This document shows, one piece after another, positions 1-12,989 of a stretch of 48,421 nt of DNA. Numbering within the stretch: the first letter of the stretch is position 1; each line of letters begins with the position of its first letter. A model generated the notes under the pieces. The model was not told the origin of the DNA. It saw only the letters and a list, made by a program, of their open reading frames with translations, and searched no databases. Source of the DNA: Macrostomum lignano (Eukaryota); assembly GCA_002269645.1 (NCBI GenBank), contig NIVC01003677.1, forward strand, positions 1 to 48,421. Reading direction: 5' to 3'. The position numbers and the translations under genes were made by a program.

Positions 1-3000
1 TTGATGAGCCGTGTTGCTGACAGCTGGCCCTGTGCCAGCTTCACATACTCCGCTACGTCGCAGGTTACTGCAGAAGTTCCCGAGCACCAGAAGCACTCGC
101 TCAGTCCCGACTCCGGATCCTCGACTCCGAATCGAACGGACAGCTCGCGCGCATTTTCCTGCAGATCGGTGTGGCCAGCGCTTGAGCTTCCGTCATGCAC
201 AAAGTCAAAGGCCGGCGGAGTCAAGTCGATCAGGTCGGGTTGCGAGTGGAAGAGTCGCGGAATTCCGGCACCGTTGATAGCCAGCACCGACACGTAGACA
301 TTGATTCCGTGAGTGAGCCTCACATCCGCCTTTGCCTCGTTGGCCGGTCCGAGCTGAGTAAACGGCAGAAGCTGCGTCCCACCACGAACTGTTCGATGGC
401 CCATAGAACTTCGCTGATGCCACTCTCGGAATCAGAGACGTCCCAACTGGCGTGCACAGTGCCGCTGTCTCTGACGCTCACCGAGTCCACATGAACGGGT
501 GCAGCCGTTGAGTTGTAGTCAGCAATTCCCACGTTGAGCACGGATACTGAGACCATGTCGATGGCTGACGATTGATATTAAACTCTTTGTAAAGGGGCAA
601 AAACTAAAGCATAAGCAAAACAAATGAAACAAATGACTAACGGAGAGGAAACTCACCCAGACCGGTGTGAGGTGACAGAGACTCAATGGAAACGGTTGAT
701 TCCGCTGACTCGGCAGTAAAGTAGAATATCTGCTTGTGCCACTCTACACCGGAGCTCACTCCGCCTAGATCGGTGAACAACCGGAACGTCTGCAGCATTC
801 CCGGACCCGAGACGAGACCGCCGACCGTAACTGATAGCGGGTCAGAGACGGGAAGATGAGACGCAAACAGTTGCATCCGATATCGACGTCCAGCTTCGGT
901 TGTCAAAGTCTGCGATACCCGACCGAACAGCAGCAGCACAGATTCTCCGTCCACGGCCATGGAATGTCCAATGCGGACTGCGATCGCTCGACCATCTTGC
1001 AAAGTCCAGCGTGGCGAAACAGACTCGAGTCCAGCTAGAACTATGTGGCTGAGTGGCGCTGAGCTCGGAGGTCGGAGCGCTCCTTCTTCGAAGCTCGGGT
1101 TACCGACATTAATCGGCCGGTGTCCAATGCGGTTGGCCGCAATAGCCGGTGTCGTGTCGATAGTCACTCCGGAGAAGTGATTGACTCTGAGCTGCGATTT
1201 GCCGCGTCGACCGCCTTTGCACGGCAGAAATAGGTGCTTCCATGATGCCAAGGTCCTTTCCAAGTAGCTCTCTGCTCGAACTTAACATTCTTCCAGTCGG
1301 CGATGTCGCATTTGCTGGCATCATTGCTGGAAGTAATGCAAGCAGAGTACGACTTGATGTAGGATTCTCGATCAAAGAAGCTGTGCCAACTGCATGACAG
1401 AGTCGTTTGGTCGCTGGAGTACTTTGAGTTGCTGTGACCTGTGAGAAATTGTTTATCTTGATTGAACTTGTTTAGGATATACTATAAATAGTTAGATAAA
1501 TAATTTGGGTTGACATAGGCAACTTACCAATACTATTGAACACCAATCCTGTAGACGGATTATCCAAGTCCAGTATGAACCCATCAGATGATACCGAAAC
1601 AGAGAGTCCGTTCTCATCGAGAGCGGTCACGGTAGAAAAGTACCGTTGACCTGGCTCAAGTTGCAGCCCATTGAATGTATAGGTGATGTTTCCAGGTGGT
1701 ATGACGACGTTTGCAACATCGTCCATTCCGATCTCACTGCCAATAGACACGCGGAATGTCAGCGGCGGTGCTTCGTTTAGACTCGTGAACTTATTTCGCC
1801 ACCCTACAGTCAGACTGTCATTACTGGTTATGAAATCGGTATCCCGTCGACTATCTGGTGACAACAGGTCCTTGACGCCGACACCGTAGTGTCGATTCAC
1901 TCGCGGAAAGGTCGGGTTGACCAGTACACCGTCCGAGCTGAACACGACGTACGTGTTGTGATCAAACCAAGCCCGAACAAACACCTTGTATGATCTAAAT
2001 ACATTGAGGCGACGCCCAGCTGTGATATTCAATGCCAAGAACGTCCTTAGACCGACGTCATGCCATACACGCTCGTGAACAGCGTCGTAGATACCCTTCG
2101 GCTCACTGTACTCAGCCAGACCTGCACTCACTTCATAACGAACAGGTGGTCGTCCCATTGCTCGACGGACTCGCCAAGTCGCTGCCAACAGAGACCTAGT
2201 CGGAGTTGTTTCTGCATCAGTTTGAGATTCTCCTCGAGGACCGAAGGCGGACACATCTAGAACCTCTACTTCGTTGTCGACGTTATCCACTACATCGACG
2301 GCTCGACACTCAGTTCCTCGGCAGGTCTGATGCTGCGGAGCGCACGAGCAGTGCCCGTAGCAAGTAGCTGCGCCAGCACACCGACGAAGGAGCCACAAGT
2401 GACCACTTTCCAGCACGGACAATGCCGCTTGAACTGGTTGACTGTGGAGACCGGCCTGAATCAGTAAATTACACACTTTCAAGTTTAAATAGTAGCTTCA
2501 CAGTAAATATCCAACTGACTATTACCTTGTTGACTGCAACAATGTGCACAATCAAGGACGTGCCCTCAGTTAGACTTCTCTTCAGTTCAAAGCTGGCCAT
2601 CTGAATTGGACCTTCGTGAGGATTCAGCGGTAGACCAACTCCTTCGTCACTGTGCGGAACCTCTGTGACCTAAATAACAAAAACAGGCAATGCAGTTTTG
2701 TGATAACTATTTCGCGGTAACTTTAAAATTCTTTGTGGTTCACAACCTACCGACAAAAGCTCCGATCCGAACCATGTTGTGCCCATCTGAATGGTGTAGC
2801 GATTGATTCCCGAGTGAGGATCGTGGAATCCCACCCAGCTGATGTTGACTTCGTTTCCGTCCCAAGTGAGGCCATCCTCGATGTGTCTGCCCAGCTGCAC
2901 GGCCGACTCTGTCTCGGCGGCTACGTGTCCTGTGATCGGAGGCGAAGTGTCCACAGCCACTGAGGCCGTCTGACGAGTGCATGCGTCCGCCAGGTTGCAC

Positions 3001-6000
3001 GACACGAGGTGAACAGTGTAGTTGGCTCCGTCTTTCAGATCGAGATCGCCGAATGTAAAGTTGCTCAGCAGACCAGGAATCTGCGATGTCAACAAGAGGT
3101 GCGCAGCATTAGTTTACGTCTAAAATTGAATAAATCAGCTGCAAAACTAGGTCAGATACCTTTACGGGCTCGAACGTCACTCGTCCGTTATCATGGTTAG
3201 ACAGAGAGATCCAGTGTTCTTTGATGCCGCTCTCCTTGTCAAAGACGCTCCACTCTACCACCATGATGTCGTCCAGGACGAGCCAGTTCGGCTCAATCTG
3301 ACCGAAAGTCTCGCTTGCTGAGAGAGCAGTCTCGATCTCGGGAGGTGTGTCGTCAATCAGAAACTTGCTCGACTCAGTCAATGTCGTAAGACCTAAATGG
3401 TTGTAAAAATGTTGTTCAAATATTCAGCAAAGTTTAGCACGATCGACGCTATGATTACGTCATGCCCGCCGCTCACCTGCTTTATTCACAGTTTCCACAA
3501 ACACCTTTAGACGTATGCCCGTTGGCAAGCTTCCAGAGTGTCGCACAAACTTCCTTTCGAAAGTTTTGATCCAGGCTATAACATCCGGCGAGTCAGACTC
3601 TTCGCGACCGACTCCCCAACGGTGATATGCAATGTCGGACTCTGGATCGTTGAAACCGTATAGCGAAAACTCTAGCGATGAGCTACACATGCAAAAGTAC
3701 AGCATGCATGTTTAGGCTATGAGTGGCTTTCAGCGTATCAAGTCATTATGATAAAATTGTTACTAAAAACACATTTACTCACCTTGATCGCAGGTACTGT
3801 TGGTTTGCGTCGCTTGAACCAATCAAGATGATTCCGTTCAACGGAGGTGTGGAATCCAAAATGACACCATCGGAAGACGCCACAGAACAGAGATCCCCCG
3901 CGTTGCAGCCTTTGACATTGACAAAGTACCTCTGTCCAGGTTGCAAACGCAGGTGGTCAATCTTTATACCTGAAGTAAGCAAAGTACGTCTGTATTCTTT
4001 GTTTAGAGTTAGTAATGAGCATAATTAGCTTCGTTTGACTTACTGTGTCGAACACCGACGTGAAGATACGGCATCACGTCTTGGCAACCTGGACATGATC
4101 CGATCGCCACCGAATAGTCCCTCACGTGACTGTGAGGATCATGGAAGTCGGTCCATTTTGCTGAGATGCCGTCCATATTGAACCGAAAGTTGCAATCGGT
4201 GCTGTTTGATACGGTCGGGTCGATATCGATCACCGATCCAGCTACTGGTGGACTTCTGTCTACGAGCACTGGCTTCGAGTGGTCGCTCGATATAAGTCCG
4301 GCAAAGTTCTCAGCTCTCAGCAGCACCCAGTAGTGCTGTCCGTCTCTGGAGTATGACAGCTGCTTGGTTGTCCACCAAACACACTCGCCATCTGATTCAG
4401 TGTACGGAATGACATCAGGACGACCGGGCGAAGATCCGAGACCGACCCAGTAGCGACGAATGCCCGCGACGGGGTCAGAGAATCTACCGTTCCAGCACAC
4501 TTCTTGGCCATTGCTGTTCGAGATTACATGCCGCAGACCCACAGAGATAGCTGCTGAGTGATTGGACTTAGGACCGTGCAGCACCACTCGGATCGACCGG
4601 GGCTTTGACCGACTCTCGCGACCGATGAAGTCGACAGCTGGAGCATAAGGCACAAGTCAATAGAAGCTCAGTAGTTTATTTGCGAAATTCAATTCTTCAC
4701 TTACCTCTCACCGAGACAAAGTAGACGTGACCTTCCTGAAGGACTCCCTTGAGCTGAGTAACAATCACACTGCGAGCACCGCCGACGTTTTTCCAATCGA
4801 TTAGGTCACAACCGGAGGCGAATGATCCAATGCAGTATTCGTAGTACTTTATGTCAGTCACGTGCGGCATGTCCGTAGACGTTCCAGACTCGAATCCTGA
4901 CCACTCGAGAAGAAACTCAGTCACAGATGACTGCAAACAATGAATGAATTCATTAAAACATCTACTTTGTAAAACTTACTGCAAAATCGACATTCAACTT
5001 ACCAGCATCTGATTGGCAAATCGTCCATTCACTGCGATCCTGCCTTCGGTTGCTACATCTCCAAGCACAGTGACGCCATCGCTGCACTCGCTCAACTCAG
5101 GCAACAGCTGAGTGAACTTCTCAAATTGCAGCAAAGTTTCGTTAGCGTGAATGCACACGTGATACCGAGTCCCTGGTTGAAGCTGAACTCCGGGAACGTT
5201 CACGAACTCATCCCGAGTAAAGCCGCCTGCGATCGCATTCGCGTGACTCGTCGGCCGTTTTGGCGGCTCAAGCAGAATTCGGTCATAGTAACCGGAGCCT
5301 CCGGTCCCACTGGCTGCTAGAACAGCCCATTCGTAGTTCTGTAAGGATTATATCCTATTTTGGTAACCATGCATGTATGCCTTTTAAAGCTTGTTTCGAA
5401 TGGAATCCCGTTCTCTCACCAAATATCTCAGCTGGGGCCACACCGCTGCAAGTCGAGCGCTCGAGTTTGAGTAGTCCACGTCATCGACCATCCATTGGTC
5501 ATTCTTCTCAAGCTTCACTGGCCCGATCGCGTCCATCACGTTCGGATTACTTATCAGCTTCGGGTCGTACGCGCTGCAGTCTCTCAGCTCTCTACTGTCT
5601 ACAGTCGACAGGCCTGCCTTGTTGAAGCAGCGAATCGCAAAACGGATGCATTTCGTCGATTTCAGAGGCCACGGTAGAGATACAGATTTAGTCTAAAGTA
5701 TAATAGTCAAATTAGGAGGTAGCTACATACCACCATTGTTTCATTGTTTCAAGTGAAGCAGCCACCTACCGAGTTACTCGAATCGAGTTTCAATTCCGTC
5801 CATTGTACGATGTTGGCACCATCGTGTTGCAATGACCACTGGTATCCGCTGATAACACTGCTTCCTGCTGATCCTAGCTGCTTGAACTCGTCCATCTGCA
5901 CTGTGATCTGAAAACAAAAGAAAATATTCTTGTTTAGACGCAATAAATGCATTTGTGACAGAGTATGTTGTTCAGCATACTGTCTGGTTGTCAGCTCAAG

Positions 6001-9000
6001 ATTGACACTCCACGCTCCAGCCACTGGGGACGTGTGCAGGACCACAAAGTCTGGAGCAGTCTCGACCTCTGAGCAAACTTCACCATGACAGAGCTTCATT
6101 CTCGATCGGTAAGTGGCCCCATCGATGAGGTGCAAATTCGTGACGAGGACCGTCTCGCCCGAGTGCGAGACGCGTCTAAACTCTTCCACTGTGATCCAAT
6201 CTAAAGCGAGTGGGTCAACACGGGAAGCAACTCAGTCTACTTGCAGATAAACAAGGAGAAATGATTTTTCTACCGTACCGTCTCCTCGCTTCAACTCGAG
6301 ACCCCAACTGACGTCGTGAAACAGCAGATCGAGGGGTGATTTCGGCTTTGTCCACTTCAAACCAACCGTGGACAAAGAGCTTTGGAAATTATCCGTCAGC
6401 GACCCATCATTGTCGGGTCTCCAGTTCACAGGTTTCAACTCGAGGAGGGGCTCTCGAGACTCGACAGTAACACCGCTTGACTCTGCAGAGACGCTTCCGA
6501 CCACATTCGATGCTGTTACTCGAGTAAAGTAGGTCTGAAGCGTAATCAAACAGAAGAGACATAATTTGAATGAATGAAACCATTTCGAGTCTGAATCGAA
6601 CGACTGTGTATAAGCTTGCCTTGAATACATCCAACTTGAGTCCGTCAAACTGATGTCGAGTTGCATTTGAAGGGAGGGTCACAGATGCGAGCTCCTTGTG
6701 CTGAGAATCCACAACCGAAACATGGAACTCGTTTGCGAATTTGAATCCGGTCCATCGCGACCTTAGCGAGTCCGATCGCAGCTGATACTGAATGTCGTGT
6801 GGTGTCTAAAATTGAGCATGTCAGTGTTTTCTTCGTGTACTCAAATTCACGCTAAAATACACAACTGGTATCTTTTAGGCTATCAAAGTACCACTTTACC
6901 CCGAGCATTGAGTCCGAGTCGATACTCGGATCCTCGTCAGTAACGAAACCGACACTGGGAAGTCGGTTGTTATGTACAATTGGCTCAGCGAATGCAACAG
7001 TTCTTAGCTGAGCTTCATTGGTGCATCGAATGGACACGTAGTATGTGTGATCGCCGATTAAACTCCAGTCAAGCTGGCTCAGCTCCAGAGATGCGCAAGT
7101 CACTGGCGTGTGACTGTGACTGCACTCAGGTCCTTGCTTGACCCTCTCGAAATGAACAATGTCTGTAGAGTGCTCCTTGCTGCCTATAAAATTAAACCAT
7201 GAGAACTAAGCGATGCATTGCCTTAATCTCCAGTATGAGATAACAGATTGACAGACACTAACCGACTCCGATCTCAAACTCGAGCGACTCGGACTCCGGA
7301 TCTACGAAGTCGCCCGCATCCCAACGGACTAACAAGTGCTCATTGTTGGTACTGACGGACAATGAGCCCGAGAAGCTCGGTGGACTGGTGTCTACAGTCA
7401 GTGGTCCGACACTCTAAAATGATACGAACAAACATTCACCGTTTCATAGCAAGCAGTCTAGATAAGTTGCAGTGTAAATCTCACCATGTTTGACGACAGT
7501 CCCGCTCTGTTTACTGCCGCTATTGTCAAGTAGATCTGCTGACCATCTTTCAAATCAATGTGGTCGAGAATTTCGCTAGAGTGTGTCGTGACTACGCGAT
7601 TGGCAAGATCAGAAACAGAGTCCTCGTTGCTCACTACTGACAGGATGGAGTGCCTCAGTCCGGAAACACTGTCGGAGGCAATCCAGCTTAGTTTCAGCTG
7701 AAATGCAGTGCCTGCTCTCTGATAAGAAGCTTCTTCTCAAAAATACTCAGCAATACACGCGCCTTACCCTGTCGTCCTTGGTGAGATAGAACTCAGTTCC
7801 AGCTGGTCCGATTTGCTCACAGAACTCTCCTTCGTGAGTGAGCACTACAGTGCGATTGAACTTGCTGAGATCAAGTGCCAGAACTCCACTGTCCGCCATC
7901 ACGGTTGCTCGAGCTCTGAAAAAGAGACGCTTTCCATTATTAAAGACCTCTGATCACAGGAGCTAATTAGCAGACTGTTGGCTCTACCTGCACGTCTCAT
8001 TATCGTTTAGAAGTTTCTGTCTGCGACCAAGGTCGGTCAGGTACCAGAGCTCCTGCGAGCTGGCGTCCAGGATGAGTCCTGGACGGACTCGAAGACTCTC
8101 GATGCTCAACTCGCTCACTTCTGGCCTTTGATCCGTGATCAGGACTCCGTCAGAGCACACAGCGGCAGATGGCTCCATCGCGTTGTTGAAAGCGACTACC
8201 GTGACGAAGTACCGACCAGGACCAGGAGCCTCCCAGCTCGCCTCAAGACCCGTCGTCTCTTGATGAGTTGCGACTCTGACTGACAGGATACTCCGAAGCC
8301 GTATCTGTACATTCGTACTCCGCTCTCGGGATCAAAGAAGCCGCTCCAGTGCGCCGTTAGGTGTCGCCCGTTCTGGAAGTCGACCTCTTCATCGCCAGGC
8401 GCGCCGTCGAACACGTGGCCAGGATGAGGAGCAGACAAATCGATGCTAATCTTCATCACGCTGCTCGCGACCAACTCCGCTCCGTTTGTAACTGTGAGTC
8501 GAATGTGCAAATCGTGGTTGTGCTCCGTTGTGGCATTTGTGTTTGGCGATGCCGCAAAGAATGAGTTGTAGCAGCCAGTAGCTTGAGTGCAGTAGCAGTT
8601 GTCTGGTCTCTCGGAATCTCTTTGGCACAGCTGGAAGCAATCCGGCACTTACAAATCATTTGCCTGTTTCTACAGTCATTTTTTAATAAGCTTTCTTACC
8701 GAAGACTGTCGAAATGTCTCCGTCCTTCCATGTTGGAGTACATCTGCACAATCTCGTCAGTGTGGTTGTCGAAGATCTCCCAGAGCACAGTGTGCAAGCC
8801 GCTGTGCAAGTCGGACGCGGTCCAGTGAGCTCTACAAACGGGGCAAAAATGTCATGGCACTCGAGTCCATATCAGCAGTTTTTGCATTCAAACGGACTCA
8901 CCTCAAACTGTGTAGGTCTCTGCTGTGGTGCACAACGAGCCCATCGACGCCTCTGTTAGTCAGACTGAGCGTCCCTAACTCGGCAGGTGAGGAGTCGATG

Positions 9001-12000
9001 TGCATGAGGAAGCTGTTCACACGGCTGTTGCCCATCACATCCTCGCCAATCACCCAGAACTTTGCTGACTCGCCGTCTCGTCTATCGAAGCGAAAGCTCT
9101 GCATCTGGGCGTGAATGTCGGTGGTGGTGAGCCACCGGCTTTGATCCGGCTGTTGCAGACTGCGACCACCGACCGCGTCCACTCCGAACTGGGACGCGAA
9201 GCGCACAACTCCGTGCACGTTGTCGATCGGGTGGATGCTCCGAGGTCCGGAAGTCTGATCGTAGCCGTCACCGTAGAACTCCGGCACATGCTCGATCGGT
9301 AGCAGAAAGCCTTGACCTGTGTGCACCTCGTTGATCAGGTTGTCCGTCCATCGGAACGCGACGTTCCGTCAAGCCGTCGAAGCCACCACAATCCTCTATT
9401 GTTGACGGTATCGTCTACACCGAGAGGATAGCGCTCGTCCCTGCTTTCCACGCTCGACGAGTTATCAAAGATAAAGAAGCGTCTGCTGCGTCTCACATTC
9501 TTGATCGAGTTCCTGACCGCATCGCGCACCGTCACCACAACAGTGTAGACCGACGGCTCGTCGGGAGGCAAGTCAAAGTGAACACTGAACTCTCGGTTTC
9601 CGCCATTTCGTCTCTCTTCCTCGCCCTCGCCATTCAAATCAATGATTTTGTGCTCAGAGCCCGCCATCTCGTTCTCCTTCAGCACCTCTCCGACTTTGTG
9701 CATGAGCTTGAGCTCAATGTCGTACTGCAGCACTCCAGCGTGATCGTCTCTCCAGCCTCCGAATTTACCGTTGATTTGATTCTATAAAAGTACGTTAGCG
9801 CATTCTTAGATATGTTTCAACGATCAAAACATGTCATTTCAAGCCTCATACCTGCTTGGTGAAGGCTTCGCTAAGCTCAAGCATTCGCTGGTCGAATGGC
9901 TGAGTGCAGGGTCGAGCTCCGTGTCCCGCCACTGTGCAGTGGTACGGCAGGCTGTAGTCAAACACGAATGTTCCAGCCTGAGTAAACGACTCTCCGGTGA
10001 GAAATCTCGGATGCGTGGCTCCTCTGGCGTCGAGGTCAGCGACAGTGACGAAGCCGCCGTTGTACACCGAGTACGTGTACTTGAGCGAGTGTCCGGACTG
10101 CAGCTGCCAGCCGGCCGGAGGCAGCTGGTTCAGCTGTCCGGTAAAGGCGCGTTCTGCGAGCTTCGGGTTAGACGGACTGATCCCAGTCTCTTCCAGAGGA
10201 CCGATCGAGTTGTCGGGAAAATTCTCTGCAATGAAGATGCGGCACTAAGCTTACCTAGCCGAAAGTATAGCTAGGTACTGTATGTCCACGTGTGTGAAAC
10301 TCACGGTTTCCGGACAGCACGAAAACGAAATTTTCTCGCACAAGGCCGATCTTGTAACCGGACGGTGGGATGAAGTGTTCGCGAGGACCCGGACTGGATA
10401 TTGTGGGCTTGAAGCGGCTTGTTGCTGTCCACTCAAGCTGGATTTTCCTGTTTGGAGCTGACAAGGTGAATATTTCAGTGAAAAATAACTGCATTAGCGT
10501 ATGGCTATCAGATGGCTATTGTTTTGGATCACTTACCTGGTTTAGTATTAATATAGTTCACCGAGTTTGGTGATTTATGGAAGTCAATTGTAACATCGTC
10601 CTTCGGTGCTGAAAAAATCGTTAGGAAATTTTATATCTTAAAAAAACTATGAATTTCTAAGGCTCCAGGCATCTACCTACTGGTTCCATCCGGAGGAATT
10701 CTCACTGTCATTGTCGCAGTCAGTACCGTTGGCTTCGTGACAACTGAAAGTCAATACGGTATGCTAGTATATCCAAGATGAATCTTTTTTATGTTTCAAT
10801 TCTGCAAATCCAGGTTGTCTTATTGTGGTTTGTTTACTTTTTAGACAGTCCCTCGCTCCAGGTGTCGATGTGAAGCCGGCATCGCACTGGCACTCCGTGT
10901 GATACCCGTTGCACACGCCTGGAAAGCACAGGTTGTGCTCTCGCCTCCACGAGCAGGTTTCTGCAGTTTAATTCGAATCTATGACGACTTTATTTTAACC
11001 CTCAAATGTTTGTCTTAGGCTTTGGTAAACTATTACCTATAGGTGGGAACTCCATACGGAACTTATCCGAGCCCAAAGAGTCAGACCGAACTAGAGGGTC
11101 TCTTCTCAGGAGGGGGCAGAGTAGCTCAGGTGTTAAGACGTGACTTTCGCTTTTTTCCATACAAGGATCACGAGGCGAAACCTCAAGGCACAGACAGTGT
11201 TCACGACAGAGAAAGTCTTGGCAGTTGTAACAGCCTGTATGAGCACGTGCCACTATAGGTATGTCTCATATGTGTGCTCAGAAGTCAGCGCAATCAAAGT
11301 ATTGTATCAGATACTTGCTGTCTCACTCTTTGGCAGCTCTCCAAAGGTCCCCTCAATGTTCAGTTTGTTACAACAAGCTCATGGTTGAGCCGTGAAAGTG
11401 AGGCCTAATTTTAACTCACCAATGCAAGCCTTCCGATCGCTACTCAGCTTGTACGCCTGACCCTTTGGTCCGTGATCGAACATGCAAATCTGGCAGGTCA
11501 TCGTCTCTATCGCGCTCGGCAAATGCGTGCAGTAAGTCAGCGCGCAGAACGGAACTTGTGGACACACTGAAATTGGGTTTACGTACGGATCGTCTGTCTC
11601 TGCATGCACGTTTCTGTGACTTTTAAATGAAGCTTTACACAAGCTATGAGCCACCACTCACAGTCGCAGCGGGGACTGTAGTGAGTCGGATTGCAGTTGG
11701 AGCAGAAGTCCGGACTGTTGCAAGAGCCGCCATTGGGGCAGTACTGCAGGCGGCCGAAGCAGATTGCTGGAATAGATAAGGAAGTTTCGATTAGAGACAT
11801 TGACTACTGGGCACAGTAGTGCGTTATGTACTTTCAGTATCTTTCGATTTAGAATATAAAACTATTTATTACCTAATATGGATGGAACTTGTACAAGTTC
11901 ACGAACAATGACCAATGTTTTATTATTACTATTTTGGTTACTTAAAAATGTATCAACGGCAATAATTAGTAAGGCTTGACTCTAATGACCTGCATACTGC

Positions 12001-12989
12001 ATCCAGGTAAAACAATTCTTCGTTAATCCCAATTTGGCTTTACATATAGCTGAAAAACTTGAATAAACCTTGAGCTTTTCAAATAGACAAGATATTTGCT
12101 TGTTTGCTTGACTATCTGTTCACTGCTTTGGAAAACGTTTGCTTCCAACAATAGAAGAAAGGGGCAGCAAAATCTAGAACACCAGTTTACCCTAAAATTA
12201 CCCGGCTAGTACAGAAATCTAGAAATCTGTAGGTCAAGTTTCGTTTGCTACAGAAGGAAAAAAAGTCTTCTGACCGAAACCCAGACGTGAATATTCTACT
12301 CGTAAATGCACTCACCGCGTAGACAGGACGGCTCTCCAGTATAGCGACTCCAACCGGGACAGCAGTCCTGATAATTGACTATAACCGTTCGAGAGTTCTG
12401 CCGTCTTCGCCACCAGCTGCCCCGTCTGTTTTTTGTAATTTCAACAAATGCATAATTAGTAAAAGTTCAAGGTGTCTAGACAAATAAGCAACAGCAAAAA
12501 CAACGCGGCAATCGTTCGTACGATCGATAGTATTGCGTCTTGCTTCTCTGATAGGTGCACAGGTTAGATCGAGTAGACCGCTTGGTTACTCGAGTCGTAT
12601 TGTACAGCTCCTCGAGGATGTCGGTCTCGGCGTACTGGAAATTGTCGCGCATTGACGTTGGCGAATCGACAAACTTCAGATCGTCTCCGCCGATGTCAAA
12701 CAAACTGTCTGTCTCATTGAAGCCGAGACAGCCGCTGTGGGAAGGATTTTAGGATTTGCGGTGCTGTGGTACCCATGGAACTAGCTAACTAGCTAACTAA
12801 CAAACCAACCAACTAACTAACTAAGTAACTAAATATTCTAAAACGAAATGTTTCTTTAGGTATATATTAGTCTATAATGATAATATTGATTAGTTTTAGC
12901 GTATTTTGAAGCCAAAATCGTAAGTACAAAGTATTTGTCAACCCTCACCCGATCAGAACGGCCAGTAAAATCAGTCGATTCGTCAGCAT
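1..12989 (-). CDS. Giant secreted multidomain protein (signal peptide, EMI-like, EGF-like, many FN3/Ig-like repeats, DUF642-like module); ~33 exons, >3,100 aa, 3' end outside the window
   Basis: Manual splicing with phase-consistent junctions. First exons: 12989-12949, 12734-12522, 12425-12316, 11766-11662, 11566-11420, 10960-10838, 10743-10681, 10608-10537, 10457-10305, 10225-9852, 9781-8902, 8831-8700, then ~21 more down to position 1 (most introns ~60-100 nt). The N-terminus reads MLTNRLILLAVLIGGCLG-FNETD (signal peptide). Recurrent motifs: W.GF.DPESGI..Y, V.A.N.AGL, S.SDG(V/F).LD.TPP. Needs correction of six 1-nt deletions (see findings). Confidence 0.9.
545..1115 (-). other. DUF642-like / galactose-binding-fold module inside the giant protein
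   Basis: VGNPSFEEG...W...AVDGESVLLLFGRVSQTLTTEAGRRYRMQLF...EWHKQIFYFTAESAESTVSIES...AIDMVSV follows the N.SFE / A.DG / Q...T..G..Y / F.A / ID.V pattern. Confidence 0.6.
10838..11766 (-). other. Three Cys-rich/EGF-like modules (exons 4-6 of the giant gene)
   Basis: ICFGRLQYCPNGGSCNSPDFCSNCNPTHYSPRCD; CPQVPFCALTYC...CQIC...KACI; ETCSWRREHNLCFPGVCNGYHTECQCDAGFTSTPGARDCL. Confidence 0.7.
12316..12560 (-). other. EMI-like domain coding segment (exons 2-3 of the giant gene)
   Basis: Spliced translation LCTYQRSKTQYYRSRGSWWRRRQNSRTVIVNYQDCCPGWSRYTGEPSCLR, matching the C...CCPGW...C pattern of EMI domains. Confidence 0.7.
12780..12832. repeat. Short (CTAA)n-type microsatellite in intron 1 of the giant gene
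   Basis: ctaactaacaaaccaaccaactaactaactaagtaactaa seen directly. Confidence 0.7.

Noticed and set aside
1-12752. Many plus-strand ORFs over the giant gene
   Set aside because: Antisense shadows of GC-rich coding exons; no motifs or independent splice structure.
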